IMG/VR virus record: IMGVR_UViG_3300035182_002586
Coordinates: 124,001-188,000 of that record
Length of the DNA stretch: 64,000 nucleotides
Reading direction: 5' to 3' (one strand)
This document shows positions 62,250-64,000 of the stretch, one piece after another. The first letter of the stretch is position 1, and each line of letters begins with the position of its first letter. The translations under genes were made by a program, and so were the position numbers. Under the pieces are notes generated by a model. The model had not been told where the DNA came from. It saw only the letters and a list, made by a program, of their open reading frames with translations, and did no database searches.

Positions 62250-63035
62250 ATGGACGAGCCCGCGCCGACACCTGCTCCGAAGAAGCCGACAGAACCCGAA
62301 CCGAAGCCACCGGGCGACGACGCAGAACTAAGGACGGAGGTTGACAAACTCGCGGATCTGAGCCGGAAGGATGCGTCACCCAAGGAGACGGCAGCCGAAG
62401 TCCGGGAGACCCTCGCCTCGCTCGAAACGCTCTCGTGGAAGGCGGCGAGCAACCGCACGCTGAATCTCCAGGTTGTCCTTCGGCGCAGCTACGAAGATGC
62501 CGTCACAGCGGCGGGCGCAGCAACCGGGAGCACGGCCGGGGTCACGAAGACGGCTTCGGCCACGCTCATTGCCGCCGTGTGCATCGCCGTCCTTGGCTGG
62601 CTTACCACGGTCACGTGCGTCATCGCGCACACGGTCTTCCCGAACGCGGGAGCACCCTCGATCAGGGAGCTGTGGCCAGCTCTCGCAGCGACCTCTGGAG
62701 CAGTTCTTCTGCTCGTTGGGATCGCAACGTTGGCGTACCGGTTCGCCTCTCGAACACACGGGCGCGCGATGAGCCACTTCGCGGATGCCCGCGAGACCCG
62801 CAGGACCGAAGCCGCCGTCGGGCTCATGCTGATGATCGAGAGCGAGATCAAGCCTGAAAACGCCGATGGGCTGAGGGCATTTGCAGCGAAGCTGCTGGAA
62901 CAGCGGCCTGTCAGCGCGCCGCCCATTGACCCGATCTCTGCGGTTCCGGCCGAGGCCACCAAGCTCGCCGAGAAGGCTCTCGACACGGTGCAGGCCACGG
63001 CGGAGAAGGTTCTGGCGGTGGTGAAGGCGAAGTAA
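62250..63035 (+). CDS. membrane protein (2 TM)
   Basis: Two hydrophobic segments. Confidence 0.65.
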   Translation: MDEPAPTPAPKKPTEPEPKPPGDDAELRTEVDKLADLSRKDASPKETAAEVRETLASLETLSWKAASNRTLNLQVVLRRSYEDAVTAAGAATGSTAGVTKTASATLIAAVCIAVLGWLTTVTCVIAHTVFPNAGAPSIRELWPALAATSGAVLLLVGIATLAYRFASRTHGRAMSHFADARETRRTEAAVGLMLMIESEIKPENADGLRAFAAKLLEQRPVSAPPIDPISAVPAEATKLAEKALDTVQATAEKVLAVVKAK

Positions 63036-63071
63036 CGCCGCCGACGGGTCCACCAGTCGCTTGTCTTGGGA

Positions 63072-63269
63072 CTAGCGCAGCGTGCCCATCGGCAACCCGC
63101 GCTTGAGAGTCAGCGCGGCCTGCATCTCAGGCGAGAGTTTCACCTCCCGCTCACGGACGCCGCCAACGAACCCGGTGGGGGCCGGAGTACGAACCTCGGG
63201 AACCTTCGGGCTCTCGCTGGTACCAACCTTCGGCGCGTCTTGGTCCGGCATCGTGCTCACCCCTCTCAT
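63072..63269 (-). CDS. hypothetical protein
   Basis: Coupled to the upstream gene. Confidence 0.45.
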   Translation of the reverse strand: MRGVSTMPDQDAPKVGTSESPKVPEVRTPAPTGFVGGVREREVKLSPEMQAALTLKRGLPMGTLR

Positions 63270-64000
63270 TTATACTTCTCGTTCGCATAAGTGGAAAGGC
63301 CAGCACAACCTTCGAGAACGAGCGCTACCGTTGCATCGTCGAAGAAGCCGCTTTCCGTCGCGTCGAAGTACACCACGGCATCAACCTTGCCGGAGGTCAT
63401 CAGCGGCACCCCCATGAACGCGAAGCGGCTCGGGTTCGTCTTCCTTGCGTCGGCATCCTTCATGCCGAGGTGTTCGACCAGATGGCGAACCCAGTCGTCG
63501 AACGACTGGTCTTGCAGGCGGTCGAGGATACGGGGCACGCACATCCTTGCGACCCGTCCGATGATGCCGCTGTGAATCAGGAACTTCCTTCGAGCCGTTC
63601 GGCCATGCTTGCCGTCATCGTCGGCGTCGCCGCCAACGTAATCGAGAAGTTGTACGAGATTGTCGCCGTCGACTTTGTGTAGCGTGATCCGAAGTTTCGT
63701 CACGTCTGATGGATCGAATCCCTTCGCCTTGTAGATCATGCGGTGCAACACGTGGAGGCACCCTGCAAGCTCGGCGGGGCTCGCAGACTCCATGTCCTTC
63801 TTATCCTTGTAGTAGGCCGCCACAACCCGAACGATGACGCACAGGGCTGCGATAGCGAGCGCACACCAGGCGGCCCAGACGAAGAGCATGTCGGGAGTCG
63901 CTTGCGACTTCTCCTTACAGAGTGCGACGACACCCGCGACAACTGGAAGCAAGGCTTGAAGCGTCGCCGATGCCAGCTCACGCGCAAGAAACGGCTTCTG
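63266..64000 (-). CDS. membrane protein with GAF-like domain, partial
   Basis: TM segments, then GIIGRVA...FMGVPL...VVYFDA...FFD. Confidence 0.65.
   Translation of the reverse strand, partial: QKPFLARELASATLQALLPVVAGVVALCKEKSQATPDMLFVWAAWCALAIAALCVIVRVVAAYYKDKKDMESASPAELAGCLHVLHRMIYKAKGFDPSDVTKLRITLHKVDGDNLVQLLDYVGGDADDDGKHGRTARRKFLIHSGIIGRVARMCVPRILDRLQDQSFDDWVRHLVEHLGMKDADARKTNPSRFAFMGVPLMTSGKVDAVVYFDATESGFFDDATVALVLEGCAGLSTYANEKYK

Overview
High-GC segment that looks like a large (jumbo-type) phage genome. The host is probably myxobacterial; this is inferred from the tmRNA tag ANDN...AAA and from lipoproteins with DAG/DTG repeats. It carries about 58 tRNA or tRNA-like genes covering all 20 amino acids, a tmRNA, and about 10 HNH endonuclease genes or remnants interleaved with the tRNAs. 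A translation and RNA-repair toolkit is present: ArgRS, Pth2-like, PDF, ClpP, RNA ligase and a HAD RNA-repair phosphatase. There are a few envelope genes, and the right end holds a SWIM-DDE transposase with probable cargo genes. The standout is a locus at 26.8-34.0 kb. It encodes a Ro60-like (TROVE-like + vWA) protein, a possible E2-like protein, a JAB protease, a ubiquitin-like protein and a ThiF/E1 enzyme, followed by nine tRNA-mimicking ncRNAs. All nine share one covarying RNA module in three topologies: grafted into a tRNA variable loop (6 copies), circularly permuted like YrlA Y RNAs (2), and clamping a whole tRNA (1). A tenth copy of the module sits in the 5' leader of the Ro60-like gene itself. 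Many genes are preceded by GGTGTA 9-11 nt before the start codon, which suggests leaderless transcription. All calls were made by eye from sequence motifs; no database searches or folding programs were run.
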